A program made the translations under genes and the position numbers. A stretch of DNA of 64,000 nucleotides from an uncultured Planctomycetia bacterium (GTDB lineage Bacteria; Omnitrophota; Gorgyraeia; Tantalellales; Tantalellaceae): NCBI GenBank assembly GCA_964572255.1, contig CAZNEE010000002.1, forward strand, positions 210,942 to 274,941, given 5' to 3'. Positions 32,642 to 42,700 of the stretch are shown one piece after another (the first letter of the stretch is position 1; each line of letters opens with the position of its first letter). The notes under the pieces were generated by a model. That model was given only the letters and a program-made list of their open reading frames with translations, searched no databases and was not told the origin of the DNA.

Positions 32642-33274
32642 CTACATTATGCCCTTGCTTGAGGGGATCTGTCCGGCCCTGCGCGGATCGATCCGCGTAG
32701 CTTTATCAATAGCTATGCCAAGCGCTTTAAAGACCGCCTCAAGATAATGATGCATATCGCCTTCACCGCCGATATCGACGTGCAGGTTCATGCCAAGCTT
32801 TTTCGCGAAAGTCTCCAAAAGATCCTTGGCAAGCTCTATCGAGTATCCCTCTTCATCCTTTATGGCTTCTGCCCTGGTTCCTCTTTTATCCTCGAACCTG
32901 AATGCCGAACGGTTCGATATATCCACCAGAACCTTAGCTTTTGCCATATCCATGGTAACTTCCGCGGAAGCTATTCTCGTTATCCCGCGGCAATCGCCTA
33001 AAGCTTTAGCAAAAGCCTCGCCTAAAGCAATGCCTATATCTTCATTGAGGTGATGGTTATCAACGTGTGTATCTCCTTTAGCGTTCATCTTCAGATCAAA
33101 ATACCCATGATAAATGAAAAGCGTCAGCATGTGATCCAAAAAACCTATCGATGTAGAGATATCTGTCTCCCCCGTACCATCAATATTAAGCAGGGATATC
33201 TCTATTTGAGTTTCTTTAGATTTTCTTTCGTAATCCACACGTCTTTCTTTTAACTTTCCCCCAAATATGCCCAT
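32642..33274 (-). CDS. hisB: Imidazoleglycerol-phosphate dehydratase
   Basis: GFLDHML, DNHHLNEDIGI, DMHHYLEAVFKALG, IPSSKG. Confidence 0.93.
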   Translation of the reverse strand: MGIFGGKLKERRVDYERKSKETQIEISLLNIDGTGETDISTSIGFLDHMLTLFIYHGYFDLKMNAKGDTHVDNHHLNEDIGIALGEAFAKALGDCRGITRIASAEVTMDMAKAKVLVDISNRSAFRFEDKRGTRAEAIKDEEGYSIELAKDLLETFAKKLGMNLHVDIGGEGDMHHYLEAVFKALGIAIDKATRIDPRRAGQIPSSKGIM

Positions 33275-33287
33275 AACTCCTCCTGTT

Positions 33288-34511
33288 CTATTCGCATCTT
33301 ACACTTACTGATTCCCAGTGTTTTTCTAGTCTCTCAAGCTCGGTAAGCTCTCTTATCCAGCCGCCCGAACCGTAAAGCGCTTTACGCGAATATGAAATTA
33401 TATGCGAGCTTTTAACAAAATCTCTCAAATTAAGCCCCGATGAATAACGAGCCGTTCCTCCAGTAGGAAGCACGTGACTGGGGCCGGCTACATAATCACC
33501 GATCGCGACCGGAGAATACTGCCCCAAAAATATCGCGCCTGCGTGCTTTATTTTTTTTAGAAGCCTTACCGGCCTTTTTACCATGAGCTGAAGGTGTTCC
33601 GGCGCTATTAGATTTGATACATCAGCTGCTTCATCCAGATTCTTCACTTTTATTATGTACCCTCTTATATCCGGATCGCTTTTAAGAGCATTGAAAACCT
33701 TCCTTGAAGGCGTTACCAGAACAGCTAAACCTTTGTGATGTTCGGCCTGCGCCTGAAGATCCTTCTTCAGGTAATCTATATTCGCATGCTGGTTCGCTAT
33801 TATCAGCACTTCGCTCGGACCGGCAAGCATATCAATATCACAATACCCGAATACCTGGCGTTTGGCTTCTGTAACATATTCATTCCCGGGGCCGACGATC
33901 TTATCGACTTTCGGGATCGTTTTAGTGCCGAAAGCCAAAGCTCCTATCGCCTGCGCGCCGCCCACTTTATATATTTCATCCACATTCAAAAGGTTAGCGA
34001 CGACAAGTATGTGCGGGTCTATGCTTTTATACTTATTCGGCGGTGAGACCAAAACAATTCTTTTCACTCCCGCTATTTTAGCCGGCAGGACCGTCATGTA
34101 AACGCTCGAGACCAAAGGCACGGTCCCGCTCGGGACATAAACACCGACATTTTCTATGGGTTCGAACTTCTCGCCAAGCTCGATACCCGATTCAACACGC
34201 ATGGTCCATGACTTAGGAAGCTGTTCCTTGTAAAATTTGTTGATATTGCGTATGATCTTTTTGAGCGTGTTGACGATCTCAGGTTTTATATCCTGATACG
34301 CTCCGCTTATCTCGGCTTCGGTAACCTTCAGATCTTTACGGGGCATTTCAACCTTATCAAACTTTTTTGTAAATCTTACAAGCGCGTCATCGCCTTCAGT
34401 GCGTACTTTTTCAAGAATATTAGCCACTTTTTTCTGCAAACGCAGCTTGCCCTGGTCGCTCCTGTTGACCAGATTGTTGAAAGCAGTGCTGCCGACTTTG
34501 ATCTGTTTCAT
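33288..34511 (-). CDS. hisD: Histidinol dehydrogenase
   Basis: [52 protein letters not shown]. Confidence 0.96.
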   Translation of the reverse strand: MKQIKVGSTAFNNLVNRSDQGKLRLQKKVANILEKVRTEGDDALVRFTKKFDKVEMPRKDLKVTEAEISGAYQDIKPEIVNTLKKIIRNINKFYKEQLPKSWTMRVESGIELGEKFEPIENVGVYVPSGTVPLVSSVYMTVLPAKIAGVKRIVLVSPPNKYKSIDPHILVVANLLNVDEIYKVGGAQAIGALAFGTKTIPKVDKIVGPGNEYVTEAKRQVFGYCDIDMLAGPSEVLIIANQHANIDYLKKDLQAQAEHHKGLAVLVTPSRKVFNALKSDPDIRGYIIKVKNLDEAADVSNLIAPEHLQLMVKRPVRLLKKIKHAGAIFLGQYSPVAIGDYVAGPSHVLPTGGTARYSSGLNLRDFVKSSHIISYSRKALYGSGGWIRELTELERLEKHWESVSVRCE

Positions 34512-37261
34512 TTCTTTGCCATCCCTTCAATAACTTTTTTCGCTTCTTCTATAGCTCTTTGCAAACCCCTGGGGTTTTTCCCGCCGGCCTGGGCGAATTC
34601 CGGCCTTCCGCCGCCGCCGCCGTCTATCAGGCCCGCAATGTTATCAATGATCGCTTTCGCGCTCATGTCTTTATCTGTAAGATCCTTTGTCACGGCACAT
34701 ATAAGGGTTGCTTTGCCTTCTTTGCTGCCCCCGACTAAAATTATCCCGGAATCGGTTTTTTTCTCCAAGTAACCCGCGGTTTTTCTCAGCAATGCCACAT
34801 CCGCATCAGAGAATACATGCGAGACAAAATCTATCCCGCCGACAGAAATTTTATCTTCCAGGACTTTATCTATTATTTTTCTGAGCCCATCGAAAGCTCC
34901 CGCTTCTTTTTCTTTCTTCAGCTTCTTTATTTTTTTCTCCGCGAATTCTTTCGCCTCCAAAAAAGCCGGTACTATTTTATCTTCAAACTCATCCATGATA
35001 TCCTTGCTTATTTCAGCTTTCCCCTCTGCGATATCACCGGCCGTCTTTACCGCATTTGCTAAACCGGGCACTTCTTTCTCCACTTCCACTGACCCTCTAA
35101 GCTTCTTAACTAACGCTTCATATCCATTAAGATGCTCCTGCGCGGTCCTTTTGAGCCACGCTTCCACTTCATCTCCGGTCAAAGCGTCTATACGCCTTAT
35201 CCCGCTTGCAACGGCACTTTCGTTTATGATCTTCATGAGCTTTATATCCCCGGTATTGTCCACGTGTGTACCGCCGCAAAGCTCCTTCGATTCTTCGCCC
35301 ACAGAAACAACTCTTACCTTTTCTCCATACTTTTCACCGAAAAAGGACAGCGCGCCTTCCTCTTGCGCTTCTTCAAGAGTTTTTACCTCTTTATATACAG
35401 GAATGCTTTCCTTTATCCATTCATTCACTATATCCTGGACTTTTCTTATTTCCCTATCAGATAGCTTTTTCATGTGCGTAAAATCAAATCTCAACCGTTT
35501 GCTGTCCACCAAAGACCCGGACTGTTTTACATGATCCCCCAGCACCTGCCTGAGAGCCGCCTGCAAAAGATGTGTAGCGGTATGATTCTTCGCGGTCCTG
35601 TGTTTTCTGCTCTCATCGATCTTGAGTGTAACGGTATCATCTATGCTGAAACTTCCGGACTTTACGATAACTTCCAAAACTTTTTTATTCTCAGTAAGAT
35701 ACGTGTTCAGAACATGCATCTTCGCGTTTTCCTTAACAACGTGCCCCGTATCACCTACCTGGCCGCCGGCTTCGGCATAAAACCACGTGCTTTGCGGCGA
35801 AGTTATGATCTCGGCCCTGTCTCCCTCACTTATTTCATCTACTTTCTCGCCGTCTTTTAAAATAAACGCAATACTCGCTTTAAGAGGGATATCTTCTGAA
35901 AACTCAGGCTCCGGCGCGCCCACAAAAGCGTCCGGCTGGAAAATAAAATCACCGGTTATATCGCTGCCTTTGCGTGACTGGTCCTTTCTTTGTTCCATTA
36001 ACTCTTCAAATCCTTTTAAATCTACATCTAATCCCATAGTTGTAGTAGTTACGTCAATAACCTCAACTGGCAATCCATAAGTATCTACTAACAAAAATGC
36101 ATCTTCTGCAAACAATACTTTTCCTTTACTCTTTTTTAATTTTTCTAACATATCTTCAAGAATAGGCATCGCCGAAGCAAGCGTATCATTAAACCTTTTT
36201 TCCTCTTCTTCTATGATCGCGCATATGTGCTCCCGTTTCTCAAAAAGTTCAGGATACACATCTTTGAACATCTCCGTCACTACCGGCACCAAATTAAAAA
36301 GGAAGGGTTCGGTACTTCCGCTTTTTAAATACGCGCGCCTGATAAGTTTTCTGACGACATATCCCCTTCTTTCATTTGAAGGCGAAACTCCGTCAGCTAT
36401 CGCGAACGCGGCCGCGCGAACATGATCGGCGATCAGAAATATATCTTCACGCGGAACTCCGCTCTTTCTCTTGCCCAGGCCTTCTTCTATTTTTTTAATG
36501 AGCGGCACGAAAAGATCCGTTTCAAAATTCGTTTTAACCCCCTGTATAACAGATACCATGCGTTCAAGCCCCATGCCCGTATCAATATTTTTATTCGGCA
36601 AAGCCTCAAGCGTGCCGTCCGGTTTTCTTTCAAACTCCGTGAAAACAAGGTTCCATACCTCGACGAACCTGCCGCAATCACACGAGGGATCGCAAGTTTT
36701 CTTGCCGCAGCCTACGCCCTCTCCCCAATCGTAGAATATTTCCGAACATGGCCCGCAAGGCCCGTTAGGGCCCTTTGTCGGCGCATCCGCCGGCCAGAAG
36801 TTATCATGTTCCCCAAGCTTGATTATTTTTTCTTCCGGCACTTTCACCTCATCGCGCCATATAGCGTAAGCTTCATCGTCACCCTTATACACGGATATCC
36901 ATAAGCGCTCCTCGGGTATCCCCATTACTTCGGTCATGAATTCCCATGCCCATTTAATGGCTTCACTCTTGAAATAATCTCCGAACGAAAAATTGCCCAA
37001 CATTTCAAAGAACGTGTGATGCCTGGGGGTCTTGCCGACATTCTCAAGATCCCCCGTCCTCAGACACTTCTGGGATGAGGCTGCGCGTTTAAAAGTGATG
37101 TTCCTGCCCATGAACTGTTCCTTGAACTGATTCATCCCCGCTCCGGTAAAAAGAAGCGTGGGGTCATTTCTGGGGACAAGCAGGTCACTGGCAACAACCT
37201 TGTGCCCTTTTTCCTCGAAGAAATCAAGGTACTTTTTTCTTATCTCTTTCGATGTCATCAT
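34508..37261 (-). CDS. alaS: Alanine--tRNA ligase
   Basis: DPTLLFTGAGMNQFK, HHTFFEMLGNFSFGDYFK, IDTGMGLER; editing NHTATHLL...ELCGGTHV; GGGGGRPEFAQAGG. Confidence 0.98.
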   Translation of the reverse strand: MMTSKEIRKKYLDFFEEKGHKVVASDLLVPRNDPTLLFTGAGMNQFKEQFMGRNITFKRAASSQKCLRTGDLENVGKTPRHHTFFEMLGNFSFGDYFKSEAIKWAWEFMTEVMGIPEERLWISVYKGDDEAYAIWRDEVKVPEEKIIKLGEHDNFWPADAPTKGPNGPCGPCSEIFYDWGEGVGCGKKTCDPSCDCGRFVEVWNLVFTEFERKPDGTLEALPNKNIDTGMGLERMVSVIQGVKTNFETDLFVPLIKKIEEGLGKRKSGVPREDIFLIADHVRAAAFAIADGVSPSNERRGYVVRKLIRRAYLKSGSTEPFLFNLVPVVTEMFKDVYPELFEKREHICAIIEEEEKRFNDTLASAMPILEDMLEKLKKSKGKVLFAEDAFLLVDTYGLPVEVIDVTTTTMGLDVDLKGFEELMEQRKDQSRKGSDITGDFIFQPDAFVGAPEPEFSEDIPLKASIAFILKDGEKVDEISEGDRAEIITSPQSTWFYAEAGGQVGDTGHVVKENAKMHVLNTYLTENKKVLEVIVKSGSFSIDDTVTLKIDESRKHRTAKNHTATHLLQAALRQVLGDHVKQSGSLVDSKRLRFDFTHMKKLSDREIRKVQDIVNEWIKESIPVYKEVKTLEEAQEEGALSFFGEKYGEKVRVVSVGEESKELCGGTHVDNTGDIKLMKIINESAVASGIRRIDALTGDEVEAWLKRTAQEHLNGYEALVKKLRGSVEVEKEVPGLANAVKTAGDIAEGKAEISKDIMDEFEDKIVPAFLEAKEFAEKKIKKLKKEKEAGAFDGLRKIIDKVLEDKISVGGIDFVSHVFSDADVALLRKTAGYLEKKTDSGIILVGGSKEGKATLICAVTKDLTDKDMSAKAIIDNIAGLIDGGGGGRPEFAQAGGKNPRGLQRAIEEAKKVIEGMAKK

Positions 37262-37290
37262 GTATTGATTGGCTTTCTAAAGGACGCCTC

Positions 37291-38343
37291 TCACTTAACT
37301 TCTTTCAGCGCCTTTTTGACATCACTTTCTATCCGATTAAGGACTTTTGGGTTTTCCTTAAGATAAACCCTTGCGTTTTCTCTGCCCTGGCCTATCCTCT
37401 CCTCTCCATAGGAAAGCCATGTCCCGCTCTTCGTAATGATACCGGTCTGTTCGGCCATATCCAAAATACTGGAAGAACGTGAAATGCCTTCGTCGAACAT
37501 GATATCAAATTCAGCCTGTTTGAACGGAGGGGCTAACTTGTTCTTAACAACTTTTGCTTTTACACGGTTACCGACAACAGTTTCGCCTTTTTTAAGTGAA
37601 GCTATCCTGCGAAGGTCTATCCTGACAGATGAATAAAATTTAAGAGCTCTTCCCCCGGTTGTGGTTTCAGGATTTCCGAACATCACGCCTATCTTCATTC
37701 TTATCTGGTTGATGAATATCACGCATGTTCTTGATTTACTGATCACCGCAGTTAGTTTCCTAAGCGCCTGGCTCATGAGACGTGCCTGAAGACCGACATG
37801 GGAATCTCCCATCTCGCCTTCGATCTCTTTTCTCGGAGTAAGCGCCGCAACAGAATCTATGACTATGACATCAACAGCGTTACTCCTGACAAGAGTTTCG
37901 GCTATCTCAAGCGCCTGTTCACCGTTATCAGGCTGTGATATGAGAAGCTCATCCAGATTCACGCCTATCTTTTTAGCATATGCCGGATCGAACGCGTGTT
38001 CCGCATCGATAAACGCAGCTACTCCTCCGGTTTTCTGCGCATTTGAAAGTACATTCAATGTAAGAGTGGTTTTACCGCTTGATTCCGGGCCGAATATCTC
38101 GATTACTCTTCCGCGAGGAATGCCATTTGTTCCAAGTGCTATATCGAGAGCAAGTGAACCTGTCGAAATAGCGTCGACATGTACCTTGTGATCCTCGCCC
38201 ATTTTCATTATTGCGCCTTCACCGAAATCCTTTTCTATCTTGCTTAACGCAACTTCCAGGGCTTTTCTTTTGCCTGTATCTTTTACCTCTGATCTTTCCT
38301 TAGTTTGTCCGCCTTGAGACTTTGTTTTTTCTTTTTTAGCCAT
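37291..38343 (-). CDS. recA: Recombinase A
   Basis: [51 protein letters not shown]. Confidence 0.99.
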   Translation of the reverse strand: MAKKEKTKSQGGQTKERSEVKDTGKRKALEVALSKIEKDFGEGAIMKMGEDHKVHVDAISTGSLALDIALGTNGIPRGRVIEIFGPESSGKTTLTLNVLSNAQKTGGVAAFIDAEHAFDPAYAKKIGVNLDELLISQPDNGEQALEIAETLVRSNAVDVIVIDSVAALTPRKEIEGEMGDSHVGLQARLMSQALRKLTAVISKSRTCVIFINQIRMKIGVMFGNPETTTGGRALKFYSSVRIDLRRIASLKKGETVVGNRVKAKVVKNKLAPPFKQAEFDIMFDEGISRSSSILDMAEQTGIITKSGTWLSYGEERIGQGRENARVYLKENPKVLNRIESDVKKALKEVK

Positions 38344-38384
38344 TTTAACCCTCCATTGTTGGTTTTTTGTAATTGATTGCCTTT

Positions 38385-38413
38385 ATTATACAGATATATA
38401 TATATTTTGCAAA
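38385..38413 (-). promoter_or_regulatory. Putative recA promoter
   Basis: TTGCAA/TTTGCA, 16-17-nt AT-rich spacer, perfect TATAAT (38390-38385); GGAGG RBS upstream of the recA ATG. Confidence 0.6.
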
Positions 38414-38427
38414 CTAAATAATATTAA

Positions 38428-38542
38428 TATGTATCTACCCATAGTCAGACGTACAGTATATTTCCTACCAGGGCCCCTCCGCCCGGTGTGGATCCTCCCT
38501 GTACGGAAGCATACTGTACGTCTAAATATAGGATCGAACATC
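38428..38542 (-). other. Long rod-like hairpin between thpR and recA (candidate ncRNA or inverted-repeat element)
   Basis: Perfect 13-bp AGACGTACAGTAT/ATACTGTACGTCT, extended inward (TTCC/GGAA, CAGGG/CCCTG) and outward with G-U pairs on the minus strand. Confidence 0.5.
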
Positions 38543-38604
38543 TTCATCTATAAATATATAGACAAAATTCTTGTGAAGTTTCTTGCATGCGAAATGAAAA
38601 TAAA

Positions 38605-39186
38605 TCAACCAGTGAGATCGTGACTTGCAAGAGGGGTGTAAATTGCGCCTTCCGGGGTAAGTTTAGATTGAAAGAGGATAATCTTGGATATGTGGCTTTT
38701 TGCGGGTTTTACATCCAGAGAATGCGCTTCTTTTTCTAAATGTTCCTTATTTTTAAGAGAACGTACTCTTCCCACCGTGAGGTGCGCTTTAAAATCACGT
38801 TTTTCCTTCTCGAATCCTTCTTCCTCCATTTCATCTTCGATCCGTTTGGAGAGAGCTTTCACTTTATCCGTATAACCGCCGGTGCCTACCCAGACCACCC
38901 TTGGCCTCGTCCATCCAGGGAAAACCCCTATCCTCTCAAGATTGATATCGAACGGCGAGATCCCTTCAGCGATTTTTTCTATTCTTTTTGAGATAGGATC
39001 GATTTGCTCTTCTCTTATATAACCCAGAAACTTCAAGGTAAGATGAATGGATTCGGGCCTGACCCACTTAACATTGGCATCGGATCTTTTAAGCTCTTTT
39101 ATGATGCGCGCGAGTTCCTCTCTCGCTTCATCGGAAAGATCAAGCGCTATAAAGGAACGTATCTTTGTCTTGTTTTCTTCAGGCAT
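38605..39186 (-). CDS. thpR: RNA 2',3'-cyclic phosphodiesterase (2H family)
   Basis: RSFIAL; two HxT motifs (HLTLKFLG, HLTVGR); usual cinA-thpR-recA context. Confidence 0.95.
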   Translation of the reverse strand: MPEENKTKIRSFIALDLSDEAREELARIIKELKRSDANVKWVRPESIHLTLKFLGYIREEQIDPISKRIEKIAEGISPFDINLERIGVFPGWTRPRVVWVGTGGYTDKVKALSKRIEDEMEEEGFEKEKRDFKAHLTVGRVRSLKNKEHLEKEAHSLDVKPAKSHISKIILFQSKLTPEGAIYTPLASHDLTG

Positions 39187-39604
39187 TTTCTTCGATCAGT
39201 TTTAATAACGCGACCGCGAACTTTTCTTTTATTTCGAGGCGAGTCCCTTTAAAAAGGACCTTTTTGGTTTTAACTTTTCGGGATGTCGCAACGGCCATAT
39301 ATGCGAGACCTACAGGTTTTTCTTTTGTCCCGCCTTTAGGCCCGGCTATCCCGGTAATGGCAGCGCCCACATCCGAGGCGAGCACTTCCCTTATACCTTT
39401 AGCCATCTCTTGAGCTGCCTGTCGGCTTACAGCACCGTGTTTTTTTATGGTTTCCTTAGATACGCCGAGCATAGACACCTTAATATCGTTGGAATAAGCG
39501 ACTATTCCGCCTTTAAAGTATTTGGAACTTCCGGAAACGTTCGTTATCAAGCTTGAAACAAGCCCGCCCGTACAAGATTCTGCGATCGCTAATGTCTCTT
39601 TCAT
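39179..39604 (-). CDS. CinA C-terminal domain protein / NMN deamidase (PncC-like)
   Basis: AESCTGG, SGSSKYFKGGIVAYSN, HGAVS, ITGIAGPKGGTKEKPVG. Start ATG 39604; the 39718 extension crosses a hairpin and promoter. Confidence 0.92.
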   Translation of the reverse strand: MKETLAIAESCTGGLVSSLITNVSGSSKYFKGGIVAYSNDIKVSMLGVSKETIKKHGAVSRQAAQEMAKGIREVLASDVGAAITGIAGPKGGTKEKPVGLAYMAVATSRKVKTKKVLFKGTRLEIKEKFAVALLKLIEENA

Positions 39605-39611
39605 GAAAAGT

Positions 39612-39640
39612 ATTATACCTAAAAAGAGCAGGTTTGGGAA
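39612..39640 (-). promoter_or_regulatory. Sigma70-type promoter giving a probably leaderless cinA-like mRNA
   Basis: TTCCCA, 17-nt spacer, TATAAT (39617-39612); ATG follows after 7 nt with no SD. Confidence 0.6.
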
Positions 39641-39674
39641 TAATTTTAGAAACGGTACTATCTTAAACGGTGCA

Positions 39675-39707
39675 GGGCCCCGGCACGCAAAATGCGTACC
39701 GGGGCCC
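39675..39707 (-). terminator. Strong GC hairpin downstream of the giant-gene pair
   Basis: GGGCCCCGG-C-ACGCA-AAA-TGCGT-A-CCGGGGCCC: 15-bp stem, with the C/A mismatch becoming G-U on the minus strand; weak U tract. Confidence 0.6.
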
Positions 39708-39723
39708 CAAGGAGGCATTTCTA

Positions 39724-42700
39724 TTAAGCAGATTCTACAAACTTTTTCAGGTTCGCGTAACGCTGGATAAGTTCCTGTTTGTCGTACTTCTCAGGCGGAT
39801 CTAACAGCGAAAAGATCAAAACTCTGGCTTCATCGGAATTTTCCGCTTTTATGTTAAGATCCTCAAGCATCGCCTTGGGCATCATTTTTAAAACGTGGTT
39901 ATTGCGCTTAAGGTAGTAATAATTCAAAAGCGCCAATGTAACTATTTCAGCAAGCGGATAATATACGTTTGAGAAAGAATATTCCCCGCTTGAGCTTTCA
40001 TTAATGTATGTAGCATATACGTTTTCATTGGATTCCATCCTCTCAAGATCTCCCCTTCCATCGGCTAATGAGAATACGAAAATTTCCGAATTTTTCTCCT
40101 TTATATATCCTTCAAGTTTTTTGGGGAGTTCTTTGGTCCGTCCCTCCTCAATGATCAGATTTTCAAGGAACGTCTTGAATTTTTTATCTTTCTTAAGTTC
40201 GTCAAAGATCTCCATGAGTTTAGCGCTTTGCCATCCGCCTATTTTTTCATCAAAAGCAAGCACCACTTTCTTTCCGCTTAAAAGCATCGAACGGACCGCT
40301 TCGCCTAGATTCCACCCCAACTCTTCAGGAACCCTGAGATCCCGAAGGATCCCCACATTCTCCTCTTCCACATTTTTCTCTTTTATTGGCGGGCTTTGTA
40401 CTTGTGGGGTGTCCCTTCGAGGACCGTCCCCGAGTTCGGTTAAGCTTTTACACATCTTTTCACTTGTGGTATAAAACCGCACAATTGCCTGCTGTTTTCT
40501 ACTCTCTCTGTTCCTCTGCCATTCTTCCAAAAGTTTGTCGTCTTTATATATGCGGCAATTAATTCCACGTAATTGAGTAAAATCTAAAACCCCTAGCAAG
40601 TCCTGATCTGAGACCTCTCTCCCTGTCCTGATAAAATTATCGATCAGATCAAGGGGCAAAATGATCTCAAAATCCCCATCTTTGGAAGCATCGCATAAAC
40701 CTCTTATCGCTTTTTCTATGCATCCGCCGTAATCTGAAATAGTGTAAAAATAATAACCGCTTATAATGACCCTTTTTATTCCGTCCAGTTTACTCCTAAG
40801 GATCTTTTCAGCATATCCATGCAGATCATCGGGATTTATACTTTGCGAGATATCAATGATTTCTCTTAAAATATTCTGTCGTGTCAATTTGCCCTTTACA
40901 CTTTTTTCCTTTTCTTTCTTTTTTTCATCAGTAAATCCATGAACATTCATCCAAAGAACCTGGTCGTTACCTATTTTTACTGGTGAGGTCTGTGCTTGTG
41001 GGGTGTCCCTTCGAGGACCGTCCCCAAGTCCGGTGATAGGCAGGCGGATAATAAAATTCGTCCATTTGCCGGGTTTGCTTTCGACGTCGATAGTGCCTCC
41101 GCAGCGTTTTTCTATATTTTCCTTCGCTATTGCAAGACCCAAACCGGTACCGTTAGGTTTGGTTGTAACGTAAGGATCGAATATCCTTCCTATCACATCA
41201 GATGGTATGCCTTCCGAGTTATCCCATAGAGAAATTTCCACGAACTTTCCTCCGCCGGTGACATAGGTTTTTACGATAAAAAAGCGTTTTTCTTCGGGCA
41301 AAGCCATTAAAACATGATAGGCATTCATCATGATATTCAATAGCGCACGCGACAATGCGGCTTCGTCAGTATTTATTAACACGTCTTTTTTGCCAAATTC
41401 TGTTTGTAAAACATAATCTTTACATCCCGAAAAATGTAAAGTTGACCTAATAACTGAATCCAGGCTCACTTCCCTCTTCTCGCGCCTGGATAAAGGTAAA
41501 AGTTCCGCCAGGATATTCTTGGCCAAAGTTAATGAATTGACAACATTTGTCACGAAAAAATCCTTCTCTTTCTTTGTCTTTTCCCTGTCAGGCAATCTGT
41601 CAAAGAGATCATTTAAAGTATCCTCCAAATGTTCATGCCCGAAAACACTCTGCGCTTTTTTCGCGATCTTCATGGCTTTTGCTGTAAGTACTCTATAATC
41701 TTTTTCCTTATAACTTTCTTCAGTAAATTCAACGACTTCATCGGAAAAAGACATTATTTCCTCGAATGAGGCGTCAGAAAATCCGTGTTTTTCAAAGGTA
41801 TTTTCCGGATAGGCAAGAGCGTTTAAACAATTTTTTACGTCATGCAATACGCCGCTTAAATTTTTAAGCACCGCAATACCCGTTCTATCCCCGGGAGTCA
41901 GTTCCCTCTCCTTGTCCAGGACCATCTCATCGGACAACACCTTGATCAGCTGAAGATAATATTTAAGTCCGGCCGGTATTTTTTCCCGATTCGCGGTGAA
42001 TCCCGGACCCAGTTTATTGATCTCTGACTGCAGGCGACCGGTATCATATTCGCCTACTACCGGGCTAAAGATCAGTTGAGGAAGAATTAATATGTTGCCG
42101 ATAGATGAAACCGCGCCTTCCGCCCCTGCTTTAAGCGCTCCAGCGATCTGGCTTTCATCGCCCTGAAAAGTCCTTATGACTTTTGCATAACTCTCTAAGA
42201 GGTTCAGATCTCCCGAGCTGTCTTTTACTGCGATTATCCTGTTTTTGAGCTCTTGAACAATTTTCGGTTGGATATTACGCCCTTTAACTTTATGGATTGC
42301 CGGGTTATTGTAAAGCACTAACGGCAAGGAAGACTTGACTTTTTTCATGTGCTCGGATATTTCACCATTACTTTTCAGGTAATATAAAGGGGCTAAAACG
42401 ATTGCATTAATATGCGGAAACTCCTCTATTTCCTTAATATTTTGAAGCGTTTCTCTTTCTGTATCGCCTGTTACATTGGCAAAGATAACAAGCCTTCCCC
42501 TTGATTCTTCAGCGAATATTTCTATAGCTTCCAGTCTTTTTTTGTTGGAAAGATCCGTAAATTCGCCCGTTGATCCCATAACAAGTATTGATTTAACGCG
42601 GTTTGATATCAGGTAGTTGATAAGTTGTCTTATCCCGGTTCTATCTATCTCGATCGTTCCGTCTTTTTCCATAAACGGCGTGACAACTGGAACTATGTTC

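Noticed and set aside
38385-38412. Possible LexA box at the recA promoter (CAGATATATATATATTTTG)
   Set aside because: Does not match CTGT-N8-ACAG or GAAC-N4-GTTC; it is only an AT-alternating spacer. A lineage-specific box cannot be excluded.
39605-39718. N-terminal extension of the CinA-like protein
   Set aside because: It spans the hairpin and promoter; homology begins at MKETLAIAESCTGG.
40401-41034. CRISPR interpretation of the 31-bp palindromic repeats
   Set aside because: Only two copies, 594 bp apart, in frame within a CDS, and no cas genes in the window.
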